Below, piece by piece: positions 50,633 to 64,000 of a stretch of 64,000 bases of DNA. The stretch is from assembly GCA_030390025.1 (NCBI GenBank), contig CM059431.1, positions 118,856,001-118,920,000 of the forward strand. The letters run 5' to 3'. Position numbers and translations under genes: made by a program. The DNA comes from Squalus acanthias. Taxonomy: Eukaryota. How positions within the stretch are numbered: position 1 is the stretch's first letter; every line of letters begins with the position of its first letter. The notes under the pieces are model-generated. The model ran no database searches, was not told the origin of the DNA, and saw only the letters and a program-made list of their open reading frames with translations.

Positions 50633-50992
50633 CATGCAGCTTACAGGCTCAACCGTCTACATTATTGGATTCAGAAGGAAGGAGACAAGGAAAATGCATA
50701 CATCAACTTCCTTTACCAAACATTAAACAGACTATTGAGGACTCAAACACTGGCCCAGATACTTGAAACAGAAAATACTCTTCTTAATAATCTTTGCTGC
50801 AGTAGAGGTCTTCCTCGTGATCTTCCAGTCTCAGGACAACAACTCCACCATGTCATGATGGAAGTAGCGAACAACTAGAATATCTGGAGATGTATCCAAA
50901 CTATTTAGCTGCAGTCTGTTGATGTTACATTAGACTTCCTAGGATGATGGCATCCCTAATGCCCATGTTTCCCATTTACACTATCCAAATAA

Positions 50993-53025
50993 GGGAACAT
51001 AGGAACACAGGAACAGGAGTAGGTCATTCAGCCCCTCGAGCCTGTTCCGCCATTCAAGTAGATCATGACTGATCTGCGATTTAACTCCATACACCCGCCT
51101 TTGGCCCATATCCCTTAAGAACATAAGGAGAACATAAGAAGTAGGAGCAGGAGTAGACCATTTGGCCCCTCGAGCCTGCTCTGCCATTCAATAAGATCAT
51201 GGCTGATCTGATCTTGGCCTCAACTCCACTTTCCTGCCCGCTCCCCATAACCCTTGACTCCCCTATAGTTCAAACATCTGTCTATCTCCACCTTAAATAT
51301 ATTCAATGACCCAGCCTCCACAGCTGGGGTAGAGAATTCCAAAGATTCACGACCCACTGAGAGAAGAAATTCTTCCTCATCTCCGTTTTAAATGGGTGAC
51401 CCCTTATTCTGAAACTATGCCCCCTAGTTCGAGGGGAAACATCCTCTCCGCATCTACCCTGTCAAGCCCCCTGAGAATCTTGTATGTTTCAATAAGATCA
51501 CCTCTCATTCTTCTAAACTCCAATGAGTATAGGCCCAACCTGCTCAATCTTTCTTCATAAGATAATCCCCTCATCTCAGGAATCAACCTAGTAAACCTTC
51601 TCTGAACTGCCTCCAATGCAAGTATATCCCTCCTTAAATAAGGAGATCAAAACTGTGCACAGTACTCTAGGTGTGGTCTCACCACAAGTCCTTAATACCT
51701 TTGGTTAACAAAAAACTATCAATCTCCGATTTAAAATTAACAATTGATCTAGCATCAATTGCCATTTGTGGAAGAGAGTTCCAAACTTCTACCACCCTTT
51801 GTGTGTAGAAGTGTTTCCTAATTTCACTCCTGAAAGGTCTGGCTCTAATTTTTAGACTATGCCCCCAGTCCTAGAATCCCCAACCAGCAGAAATAGTTTC
51901 TCTCTATCTACCCTATCTGTTCCCCTTAATATCCTGAAAACTTCGATCAAATCACCACTTAACCTTCTAAATTCTGGGGACTACAATGCTAATTTGTATA
52001 ATCTCTCCTCGTAACTTAACCTTTGAAGTCCGGGTATCATTCTGGTAAACCTACGCTGCACTCCCTGTTCACAGCATTTTAATGATCTATGTACCTGAAC
52101 CCCCAAGTCTCTTTGGACATCCACTGTTTTTAACTTTTCACCATTTAGAAAGTACCCTGTTCTATCCATTTTAGGTCCAAAGTGGAGGACCTCACATTTG
52201 CTTACATCGAAATCCATTTGTCATAGTTTTGCCCATTCACTTAATCTATCGATATCCCTTTGTAATTTTATGCTGCCATCTACACTGCCTACAATTCCAC
52301 CTATCTTTGTGTCATCGACAAATTTGGATATATGACTTTCTATGCATCATCTAAGTTGTTAATAAATATTGTGGGATTTTATCAAATGCCTTCTGGGAGT
52401 CCATATAAATAACATCCATAGACATTCCCCTGTCCACTACTTTAGTCACCTCCTCAAAAAATTCAATCAGGTTTGTCAGGCATGACTTACCTTTCACAAA
52501 TCCATGCTGGCTCTCTCTGATCAACTGAAAATTTTCAAGGTGTTCAGTCACCCTATCCTTAATTATAGACTCTAGCAATTTCCCGACAACAGATGTTAGG
52601 CTAACTGGTCTATAATTCCCTGGTTTCCTTCTCTCACCATTTTTAAAAAGCAGAGTGACATGTGCAATTTTCCAATCTAAAGGGACGTTTCCTGGATCTA
52701 GAGAACTTTGGAAGACTATAGTCAGGGCATCAGCAATGTGCTCACCTACTTCCCTTAAAACCCTGGGATGGAAACCATCTGGTCCTGGGAATTTGTCACT
52801 CTTTAGTGCCATTATTTTCTTCATTACTGTTATTTTACTTACGTTAACTTTATCGAGTCCCTGTCCCCGATTCAATATTAGTTTCTTTGGGATTTCTGGC
52901 ATGCTTTCCTCTTCTTCTACTGTAAATACTGATGCAAAGTAATTATTCAACATGTCCGCCATTTCCCTATTGTCATTGCCAATACCACCACTTTCAGTTT
53001 TTAAGGGGCCAACCTTTTCCCTTTT
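50993..53025 (-). mobile_element. CR1 LINE (internally deleted) with a second CR1 3' fragment nested at 51117-51684
   Basis: KFPGPDGFHPRVL, NYRPVSLTS, YMDSQKAFD; two tails; CCTTAA duplicated at the nest junctions. Confidence 0.85.
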
Positions 53026-54026
53026 TAAGGGAAATATCCATAGTAAGTATTAGGGAAGGAAGTGATTGCTGCAACAGAGCGGCCTGTGGCAACCATTTGC
53101 TTTAGTTTAAAAATGTAAGCTATTTTGATGTATGTCATGATAGATAAACACAGCTCCAACTGCTTAAATTGGTTTGCAATCTAAGCTTCTCTTGCCAACC
53201 ACAAATCTGACTCCTACCATTTCCTCAGTGTTGACAGCCCCGATGCCCACCTATACATTCAGCTGAATTCTGTAATGAAGTGCGCTGATGCATTAGTGCA
53301 ATTTTTGCGCTGTTATTTGACAGGTGCCATTCTGTTTACTGGTACGCTTTTGTACCACGTTGTTGCATTTTTCTCCTGTACAAATGCTTTAGGAAAAAAG
53401 TTACATTTTAAAGTGGTAAAAAAGAGAGCACTGAAAGTAGCCATGTACTAAATCTTGAGATTTACTCTGAAAGAAGAAGAAGAGAGCACACCCATGTTAC
53501 TAGATGTTATTTCTGTCTACCATGGACTACCGTGTGCACTACTGAAAATTACAAATTTTAAAGGGGTGAAAAATTGATTCGAAATATTGTGACTCTAAGA
53601 AATGTCGCATTGCAAAAGACTACAATTCAAGAAAAGTTTTAGAGGTATGTTTTTCAGAAAATAAAATTTGGTGAATCAGGTGTTTGTATAATAAATTTAC
53701 ATTATGGCCTGTTAAATCTTGTGGCTAAAACATAATGGTAAGTTAAGAAAGTTATTACTTCTCATAGCATTGCTCTGTTTCAGAGGCATCCCTGGGCCTG
53801 TCTTCTCCTTCAGCATCACCTGGGGTAATATAAAAGCTGGAGAGACTGGTCATTGAGGAGGACGTGCCTGGACAGAGTGACAGCTTCTGTTTTCAGTCTA
53901 TCGACCCATAGCTTTAAGTCGCAGGAAAATTTTATGACAGTAATCCTTTGGCTCCTGTGTAGCTTCTGCCATGCTCATGTGTACACATTGTGGAACCTAT
54001 AGAAACAAGCCTAAAGTACCAGTTTA

Positions 54027-57000
54027 TGGCCTAGAAATTGGATATGCCCCAAAAATGGTCGGTGCCATGGCCCAGTGCTATTTAACTGCGCCAGGTCAAA
54101 GTGGGCTAGTTAGCACCCAAAATTCGTGCTCAGTGTTCATTTACATGATTATAGTGCTGATCTCAGCACTAAAACCGCTGCTCATTGACATACTGCTCAA
54201 CAGGTGGGCCAATATCGGCTGCAGTCTAATTCGAAGTCATGTTTAGCACAGGCTTTCTCCACTACTTAAAGGGGAGGGCCTAGAAATTTGTGCTGCCACA
54301 AAAGTTGCCGGTGTCACTGGAGTTAACGGCAGCTGAAAATGGCCACAACGATAATGAGACTAAATTCGTCTGGGGGGGCTGGAGATTGGTTGCGCAGCGC
54401 TTACCTTCCGTACAACGTTGTCCTGGTGACATTATTGGAGACCTTCAAGGTGAAGTTTCCACCCTGAAGTGGTGTGGTAGCTTCATAGAATCTCTGGAAG
54501 CAAGGCTGTGGAGCTCGCAAGGAATTGTGGGCAATCAAAAGGGGACCGAAAATTAAAGGGGCCATGTACTCAGAACTAATACATATTAAAATGCAGTGAA
54601 ATAATGCAGTTTTCAGCCCTTTCTGCCTTTCAAAAAAGAATTAACATTAAAAAGATGTCCCAAATGTGAATATTCAGTTCGTAAAGCTGAATTCACAACC
54701 TAACCTTGAAAAAGTGGAAAAACTGCTTCAACACTAACACAAATGGCTCAGCAAGCCAGGGAAGAGGCACCCAGGGTCTCGCACGCTTTGTGCAGGGAGT
54801 CACCACTGCAAGACATGTCCTCTACACACAGGGGCCAGGAGGCCCTCTTGAAAGACTACATCGCTGAGGCTGTCACTGCCAGTAGTGTTGCCCTCCACCA
54901 CCTGGCTCCAGTGCCCAAAGAAGCTTCATGAACTCAGGTCACTGGTCAAGGTCAGTGAATGCATCTTCAAGTGCCGTCTCCTACCAACTGCATCACTTGC
55001 CTTACACACTGCTCAATGCACGACCTCCACCCCTAATCACTCAGCTACCAACAATCTGCACCAATCATAAGGCACACCTTCCATTCCTAGTCTCACCTCA
55101 CCCTCTTGGAGGAGATGGTGCAGGCCATTCTTGGCAGGAGCATTACTGAGCCCTTGGCTAGCGGCGGGGCTGAAAGGATACAAAATGCTGGTATCCTCAT
55201 ACGTTATCCTCCTTCTGGCATGCACCTCTTGCTTTCCCGCCCTCCTCTCACCACAACTCCACCCTTGTGCCTTTCTCATTTCACACACCCAAGAAATGCA
55301 GTCTGCCCAGCCAATGCGTTACCAAGAAGAGGGAGAGGAGAGTGAAGAAGTAGAGGATTGATTTTACACTCCCAGCCACCAGCTCCTCACAATCAACCAG
55401 CAAGGCCATTTGCAGTGTCCCCCACTGACAGTCAGCAGCCTTCCACCAGCCATGCTGCAGCCACTGGGGTAGCACTGTGTGACATCTGTAGGATAGGCAA
55501 AGGCACACACAAGACAGTCACTAAGAGAGTTCATACGGGTGATGAGTTGCTTTCTTGATAGTCATAATGGATGGATAGACGTATAGAGGTGGATTGGAAA
55601 GTTTGCTTTGTGGTGGCTTTTATTTAAGCATCGTGGTCAAGAGGATATTGTGATAATCAGTAACACATGGAAGGTATGGTGTGGGACTAATGTTGAAAGG
55701 GGAATTGGTGTTGTGCTCACTGGGTCTGCAGGCGGATGATTCCATCCCGGATATCCCGGCCACAAAGAGGCTGTTTGGGATGCATTCTTCCGTCTGCTTC
55801 CTCCTCTTCTGTGTCTTCCACTTCCCTCTGTGAGCAGATGCTGTCAATCTAAAATGACAGCATAAAATGCTGGAAATACTCAGTTGCTCAGGCAGCATCT
55901 TGACCTGAGACGTGAACTCTGTTTTTCTCTCCACGGATGTTGCTTGACCTGCTGAGTATTCGCAGCATGTTCTGTCTTCTCAAATGCCTTCATGACGGCA
56001 GGAAGCCATCGGCCCATACGTGTAGAAGGTTCTGGCTGGAGCTGTCTGCTTACGTGATGACCAACAACATGTTCCCCAGGTCCTGGATCCAATGCCACAA
56101 GAAGTTTCATAATCTCCCACAGCAGGTTAAGGTGAGTGAAGGCTTCAGCAAGTGCCATATCCCACCATCTGCACCACAAGCCTCACACACTGCTCAATGC
56201 ACCACACCCCCAGCACTCTCTAACAACAATCTCTACCTATCACCACTCAGACCTCGCAATCATAGATTCACTTCACCCTCACAACCTCACCACTGCTGCA
56301 ACACTGACACTCACATCTCACACCTTGCACACACTGAAAGCTATTCAGCTATGTCAGGCACATCACCCAAACACATGGCCCCACACTCACTCACACACTT
56401 CCCTTTCTCTTGGAGGCTAAGGTCGCGCACAATTGTCAGGAGCAGCAGCAGAGAGTCGGGGGAACGATACAGGCCTTGAGCCAACTGGAGGAGAGTGTGC
56501 TCGACATCATTGGACGGGAAGTCATTGAGGCTGTGGCAATGGGGGAAGTTGAAGCCCTTGGGGACAATAACGGTGTACTCAATCCTAATCCATCTTCTCA
56601 CATCCCACTTCCCCCCTCATCCCACAATCTCTTCTCACTTACAAGATGCTGATGTTGTATGCATGTATATCTTGCACTCCCCCCCTTGCCTCACCACAAC
56701 CCGACCCTTGTGCCTTTCTGCTTTCAGATAACCAAGAACAGGCAGCCACAGAGCCTGCCCCCAAGGCGATGGAGGAGAGTGAGGGTGAAGAAGACACAGC
56801 TTCACTGCATCTGACGCTCGCAGTCACCACCTCAGAAACTGGCACTGTGCCTAATTTAGTGGAGAGTGTAGTAGCGGGATCAGCACGTGGTGAGGCACCT
56901 GGGGTGAGTGGGCTGCAGCAAGACCAGGGGATAGGGTAGCTTGGGAGCCAGCTCCCCGGAGGGCGAGTTTGCGCGCGAGTTCTGCTGCACATGACTCAGA

Positions 57001-59643
57001 TGAGGACCTCGATGGGGCGGCCTTCAGAAGAAGTGTGATGGAAATGCACGCCGGATTGCTCGGTGCAATGGCAAGCCTGCCAATGAGCCTCTCGGCAATG
57101 TCAAGTAGCATGGACGAGTCCGCCTCCACCATTGGCCAGGGCTTTGCGTAGAGCTTAGAGCCCATGAATTCCAGGCTGGAAATGATGCAAAGCTCCAGGA
57201 GAGACCGTGTCAACGCAGACATGATGCTGCGTGTGATGGCTGATATTGCGGCTGCCATTGCAGCACAGGCGGAAGCGACCTAACTTCTTAGTGCTGCAGC
57301 GGAAGAGCAGACCGCTCTCCTGCAGTCTCAGATTGCTGCCACACAAGCTCAGACTGCTGCCACCATAGCTGGGTTTACCAGTGTCGAATGGGGCTTGTAG
57401 GGTGTCGCAGCTGGCCAGCAATCTGTCCTCCAACAGATTGCTAGGAAGGCGGAGGCGCCTCCCCAGGGGAAGTGGCAGTGGGTCTGCGGAGCAGGAAGCT
57501 GCTGTCCTCTCTAAGGATGTCCGCATTCTTGTTCCCACCACTATCACACCCCCATTGCCCTAGTTGCTTCCTGTCAGCCAGCCAGCCCAGACTGCTGCCG
57601 CCCATGCCGAGGTGGTGCAGTCTACAGCTGGGCCTTCTAGGTCCAGAGCTGCTCGATGTCGTCCTGCAAGGCCATCTAAAGTCTCCCCCATGGAAACTCA
57701 GCAGCCTTCCACCAGCCACGCTGCAGCCACTGGGAGAGCACTTTGTAGGAGCACTAGAGCAGGATAGGGCAGCCGAACGACAGGCACTAAGGGATTGCAC
57801 AAGGGTGATTAGTTGAGATAGTAGTTGTGAATTGATTGTTGATAAATTTATTCATTTTGTTTGGAATCTCTTTTGTGGTGCCTCTCATTTCAGCTTTGTG
57901 CCCAGAAGGACACTGTAATATTCCGTGACAGAGGGATTGTATGATGGGGATTTTGTTGATGAGGATGTAGTGAGCAACAGGGATCTGGGATTTCATCCAC
58001 TCGAATTGGAGTCTGAGGAGGCATTCATGGACAGCCTGTGCAGAAGGGGGATTTGCTGCCTGCCTCCTACCTTCCTCCTCATCCTCTTCCTCTTCCTCCT
58101 CCTCTTCCTCCTCCCCCTCTTCCTCGTCCTCCTCCTCCTCCTCCTCCTCTCCCTCGTTCTCTTCCTGAGGTGGTCCCACGATCCCTTCTGGCAAGGGCTG
58201 TGCCCTCATGATGGCCAAGTTGTGAAGCATGCAGCAGACCCCAGGAAATGGGACACTCGCTCTGCTGAGCACTGGAGGGTTCCTCCCGAGCAGTCAAGAC
58301 AGCAGCCCAATGGTCTGCTCGATGATGTTCCTGGTGGCAGCATGGCACTCATTATATGAGTGCTGGGCACAAATGTTGGGGTTACAGAGGGGAGTCATCA
58401 GCCAGGTGCAGAGCGGATAGCCCTTGTGTCCAAGCAGCCACCCTCAGGTTTGACGTGGTGGCTGGAAGATTACTAGCACACCAGACTGATGCAGGATGAA
58501 GGCATCATGTTTGCTGCCAGGATAGCGGGCATTGACCATCAGGATGCGCTGGGTGTGATCGCACAACAACTGCACATTAAGTGAGTGGTAGCCTTTGCAA
58601 TTACGAAAGATCTCAGGATTGTTATGCAGCACCCACAAAGCCACGTGGGTGCAGTTGATGGTGATCCTCCTGCTTCTCTCTGCTTAGAGAAAAGAAAACG
58701 CAGTCCCTTCTCCTGGTGTAGCCAGTCTCTGTGACCTCCCGGATGCAGCGATGGACGGCGAACTGTGAGATGTTAGCTATGTCTCCTGCTGCAGACTGGA
58801 AGGATCCACTGGTGAAAAAATTGAGGACCACGGTGACCTTGAGAGCTACTGGGAGAGCTGTGGTTGCCCTGCTCTGAGGCTGCAGGTCTGGTTGCAGGTG
58901 GAAGAGTTCTGTGGCCAACTCCTTGATGAAGCGGAGTCTCCTAATACATTGCTCCTCACTTAAGTGGATATAGAGAAGTTCTTTCTAAAGACCCAAGGTG
59001 GATAAGGCCTCCTGTTGAGAGCCCTCCTGGCCCTCCTCCTCCTCCTCTCTCTGCACGCATCTTCTACTCTTCCTCGCTTTCTCCACTCCCTCTCACAAAG
59101 ATACTCGAGCATGAGGGGGACTGCCAGTAGAACCCCCATGACTGTGAGCAAGTGTTGTGAGCAGAAGCCTTTAAATAATAATGAAAGTATTTTGCACTTG
59201 CAACAACTCCCTGTTACCTTAGAACCTTGAAAGAAGTTAATAAAGCTGCTAGAGTTGCAGAAAGTTCCACAGAGCCAGTCAAACTGCAGAAACATGTCAG
59301 CTGCAAGTTGTTGCTGATGATCCCTTTAAATACCGCTGCTGGAGCCTCCTTCCTGCTTGTCAATGCTTGCTCACCTGGTCGCAATTAAGACAGGCCAGTA
59401 AGTGGAGTGGCACACTTCAAAATTGCACATCGGGCGTCAAGTGAGCATTGCACACTCACTGGCGTCACGATCTGCATACTCCCCATAATGATAGTGAGCG
59501 CACACAACGGCAGCGCTGCCACCCAGCCAAAAATGGCGGTCGCTGCGGGACACGCTGGCAGTGGGTGGAAGTGCGCAGCTGCCTTTTTTTTCCCCTGAAT
59601 CGGGCCTTAACGGCCGGCACTAAACTTCCGAATTTCTAGGCCA
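54027..59643. mobile_element. Harbinger D (Myb on + ~55996-57811, transposase on - ~59139-57995)
   Basis: 13-bp perfect TIR TGGCCTAGAAATT; RSWIQCHKKFHNL; LPVALKVTVVLNFF, KGYHSLNVQL; poly-Glu tail; no clean TSD. Confidence 0.85.
54276..55985 (+). mobile_element. Truncated non-autonomous Harbinger E nested in D
   Basis: Left end GGGCCTAGAAATTTG; homologous to ~39370-40790; right end missing. Confidence 0.7.
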
Positions 59644-60568
59644 AAGTGTTGTTGGCAGGTAGCCTTTTATAGTGACTGCTGACCTGTTTTTTGTGCCTCA
59701 TTTATACTGCTTTCGTTTCATCCAAATGTGCCAAACAATTTGTCTGCAATTTGTAATGAAAACAGGTGTTCAACCATATCCACAGAGAGTTGGGCTAAGA
59801 GACTGTGAAGATCCCTATTAAATGAATGAATAATCTTGTGTGTTGCATGACTACATTGAAAAAAATCTGTTGTTTTAAGAATATCGATTTTCTTCACCAA
59901 TATTTATGCTGCTCTGAAATGGCATAAATAATGGCGCAGAGTGTAAGTGGCTATTGCTTTTGAAGTAATTTTTCTGACTTAATAAAAGCAGGCTGTACAA
60001 ACATTGATTGTACAAACAGGGTCAAATTATGGAAAGAAAGGCATCCCTTAGGACATACAGAAATCTCAATTGTTTCATAGATTGGTCTGTCATGCACAGT
60101 TTGAGTATTTATATATAATAAGCAAATACTGTGTGAGGAGTATAGAAAGGATTAGAAGTGTCATGTCCACATAAATTGGATATTTCCAGTACTACTGAAG
60201 CTGAATCTGTCAGACCACCTCTGGAGCAACCGTGGCATCAGTCAATCATTACTGTCCAAAGTCATTTCTCAAGTTGCTACTACCTTGCTCAGGAGATGTA
60301 GTGCAATATTAGATTTCAACATCTTGTAACAGCATCAGAGATGCTACTGGCTGTGCCATACGTGCACCTGCAGGGAATGTTAATGTCTAACTGAACAGGA
60401 GAGGTTTTCATTCCACAAACATGTTATGTGACTTCCGGAATATTATGGCAGATGTTTAGGAAAATTTTGCACGCAGCCACATGACATTCATTTTTTTTTG
60501 CACTCAGTTGAAGGTTTATGGATGGACAACTGATGATGACTACCAGGTAAGAAACCTGGAAAGTCAAT

Positions 60569-63500
60569 CGGTGAGAAATTGGGCTCATGAGCATCCGTTT
60601 TTTGGGTGCAATGAGTGCCCTTAGAGCTCCAAAATGGTGTTCGTGGCACAAGCACAAACTTGTGGGGTGATTTGTGCCGGACACCATATTGGTGCAGTGA
60701 ACATCCGCTGGAAGTATGCAGAGCAGGCACAACACTGATTTGACGCCAGCGATGCCATTTTGGAGCTCAACGCTCCAGCCAATGCCCTCTCTTAACCTGC
60801 ACAGCTGAACATGTGTTCAGCAGCAGGAAGGATCCCCGCCCCCCCGCCTCTCAGTGCTATTTAAAGGGTTCATCAACTACTTACAGGTTGGTTGCTAGTT
60901 GATTTCTCCTGCCTGTTGCTATGATTCTACAAGTGTTTTGCGCTTTCTATAGGTGTTTCAAGTTACAAAAGTCGACAGGGTGCAGGTGGCAGGTGTAGCA
61001 GGTGCTAAAGGACCTTTTGTTGACTTCAAGGCTTCTGCACAAACCAGTTGCTCCCAGACATGGATGCACTAGTAGGCATTCCCCTTGGAAGACAGCATGA
61101 CTTGGAGAATGAACAGAGGCCACGCAGAGCAGGACAAGCAGCTGGAAGAGGGAGAAGAATGGGGAGAAGGGCTCTCAGCAGGAGGCCATACCCACCCAGG
61201 GTGTACAGGGAGCAATTATCCTACGTGAACCTCAGTGAGGAACAATGTGTGAGATGTCTGCGCTTCACTAAGGATGTCCTCACTGAAATCTGCCACCTGC
61301 TGCAGTCACAACTGCAACTTCAGAGCAGGGCAAGGACTGCATTGCCAGTGGCTGTGAAGGTGACTTTGGCGATGAATTTTTATGCATCTGGCTCCTTCCA
61401 GGCTGGAGCTGGAGATATTTGAAAAGTTTCACAGTTTGCAATAAACTGTTGCATAAGGGAGGTCACTGAGGCTCTCTATTCAAAGGGAAACTAATTACAT
61501 TTCATTCTCTCTGGCCAGAGACAAGCAGTCGGAGCGAGAACGCAGCATCACTACGATTGCAGGCTTTCCCCTTGTGCAGGGTGCCACTGACTGCACGCAC
61601 ATCGCTTTGCAGGTGCCTCATGTAAACTCTGCCTGATAGCAGAACCAAAAGGGATTCCACTCCCTCAACGTCCAGCTGGTGTGTGACCATAGGCAGTGAA
61701 TCATGCAGCTCAATACCCGATATCCTGGCAGCAGTCATGGTGCCTTCCATTTTGCGGCAGTCCACTGAGCCAACTGCATTTGAGCCACCGCGGCAAACCA
61801 AAGGGTGTCTACTGGGCGACAAGGGCTATCCGCTGACAACATGGCTGATGACACCGGTGCACAGCCCATGCACACGTGCGCAGCATGCATACAATACAGC
61901 AGATCATTGGCATGCTGAAACAACGCTTCCACTGCCTGGACTGCTCTGGAGGAGCCCCGCAGTACCTGGCAGAGTGGGTATCAAGATTTGTGGCAGTCTG
62001 CTGCATGCTGCACAAGATCGCCACCATGAGGGCACAGCCCTTGCCACCAGCTATATGGTGAGCAGCTGAGGATGAGGATCAGGAGGAAGAGGAGGAGACA
62101 AAGGAAGAGGCGGAAGAGGAAGGGAGGAGTCAACCTAAACAGTGTCTTTCTGCCCAGGCTGTCCATGAAGAACTCATCCAAGTGCGATACCAGTAACTGT
62201 AACCCCAATTCCACATTCACCAACAGTCCCACACCTTACCTCTCATTTGTCACTGACTTTCACAGCGTCTGCTTGGTCACGATAGAAAAATAAAAGCCAC
62301 CACAAAATAATCATTCCAAACCAAATTTATAAATGAAATCATGCCATATTGCATACAAAACCACATAAACAAGTTTACTAATCACCCTTGTGCATTCCCT
62401 TACTGCCTGTCTTCCGTGTGCCTTTGCCTGTACTAGTGCTCCTATGCAGCGCTACCCCAGTGGCTGCAGCATGGCTGGTGGAAGGCTGCTGACTTTCAGT
62501 GGAGGAGACTGCAGATGGCCTTGGAGAATGACTTCGAGTAGCTCTGCACCTAGAAGGTCCAGATGCGGACTGCACCACCTTGGCATGGGCAGCAGCAGTC
62601 TGGGCTGGCTGGTTGACAGGCAACAGCAAGGGCACTGACAGAGTGGCCGGGGTGGGAGCAGGAGTGCTGTCTTCCTGAGAGAGAACAGCAGATTCATGCT
62701 CCACAGAGCCACTGCCACTCCCCCGGGGCGGCGCCTCAGCAATCCTAGTAATCTGTTGGAGGACAGATTGCTGGACTGCTGTGGCACCCTGCAAGCCCCT
62801 ATGCGCACACTGTAATACACAGCCATGATAGCAGCAGGCTGAGCTACCACTGCAGGACTCAGACGTTGGGTGGCTGCTGCTTGTGCTGCACGATGGTTTG
62901 GTCCACAAGTGTGCAAATGGAGTTAGCCACCAATTCCATGATGGAAAGGATGGGCTCCAAACTTTGCGCAAAGCTCTGTGCCAAGTTGGTGCTGGACTCC
63001 TCCATGCTCCTTGACATTGCACACAGGCTTTCTGGCAGGCTTCCCAATGCACCAAGCATTTTGTTGTGCATACCCATCAGCATTCTTCTGCAAGCTGTCC
63101 CATTGACGACCTCAACTGAGTCCTCTGCAGCAGAACCCGTCTGCGACCTCGTCCTCTGGGCTATCCTTACCACCTGCCCTGGCTGCAGGGCACTTGTGCA
63201 TGTGATCTCACTATGAGCAGATCCTGCATCTAATCTATCCTCTAATTTACGTGGAGTGTCAGTATCTGAGCTAGTGGCTGCAAGTGTGAAATCAAGTGAC
63301 GATGCTGTGTCTTTGTCATCTCTCTCTTCTTGGTGTTCCTCCACTGCCTGGCCAAGTTCCACCTCTGAAAAGAAAAAGGCACAAGGGTAAGGTTGTGGTG
63401 CGGGAGGGGAGGAAGTAAGAGGTGCATGCTTACATCATCTGTAGCTTGTAATTCAGAAGAGAGTGTGGGATAAGGGGGAAGTTGGATGGGAGATGGAGGA

Positions 63501-64000
63501 TTATGTATGAGGATACCGTCATCTTCGATGGGTTCGGCCCCGCCGCTCGCCACGGCCTCAGCAATAATCATCCCAATAATAACCAGCACCGTCTCCTCCA
63601 TGGGGGCTACATTCACCCCCGCCTGCCTCCCTCCAGTTACCGCCTGCTGCCTCCAGTTATGTGCCACCTTATCCTGCAAAAGAGAGGGAATTGTGTCAGT
63701 GAGTGTTGTGCAATCTGTCTGGCTCATTTGGCTGTCATGGTTGAATAGATGGCAGTGTGTACAAGGCTTGCATCATTGCTAAGTGTGTGAGGGTGAGATG
63801 AAACATATGAATGTTAGATATGTCCTGATTGATGGAAATTGTTGTTAGGTGCGTGATGGGGGTGTGGTGATTTGAGCAGTGGCTGAGGCTACTGTTGCAG
63901 TTGGTAGGATATGGCATTTGAAGATGCATTCACTGACCTTGACCACTCGTTGAGGTCATTGAACTTCTTGTGGCACTGCATCCAGGACATCAGGGCTTGA
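60569..64000. mobile_element. Harbinger F (transposase on + ~61060-62196, Myb on - 62378 to window end), runs off the window
   Basis: RRPYPPRVYRE, LPVAVKVTLAMNFY, LLGDKGYPL, GMLKQRFHCLD; Myb WMQCHKKFNDL at the window edge. Confidence 0.85.

Noticed and set aside
50579..50950. 99-aa ORF as a gene
   Set aside because: At best a faint resemblance to an ancient LINE RT (SRGLPRDLPVS); stops follow; not supportable.
53755..53825. Possible short minus-strand exon (DAEGEDRPRDASETEQ)
   Set aside because: Weak donor, no partner exons, not recognisable.
58070..58150. (TCC)n microsatellite as an independent feature
   Set aside because: It encodes the acidic C-tail of the Harbinger transposase, which is also present in the other copies.

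Overview
Repeat-saturated vertebrate DNA, most likely from a shark or ray (V-SINE/HE1-like and DeuSINE-like SINEs, esterase-type CR1 LINEs). No host gene could be supported. The main feature is a complete but decayed minus-strand provirus at 5369-27457. It has two ~1 kb TG..CA LTRs, a 4-bp CCAT target-site duplication (TSD), a tRNA-Lys3-type PBS, a coiled-coil Gag, pro-RT-tether-RNaseH-IN, and an Env built like a paramyxo/pneumovirus F fusion protein instead of a retroviral SU/TM. This architecture matches lokiretrovirus-like elements. Nested inside it are Harbinger elements and MITEs, an 80-bp Penelope hammerhead-ribozyme fragment and two CR1 LINEs, one of them full length. Positions 30-64 kb hold a cluster of mutually nested PIF/Harbinger transposons (convergent DDE transposase plus intron-containing Myb/SANT gene), CR1 fragments and SINEs. 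All family assignments come from motif recognition by eye; no searches were run.
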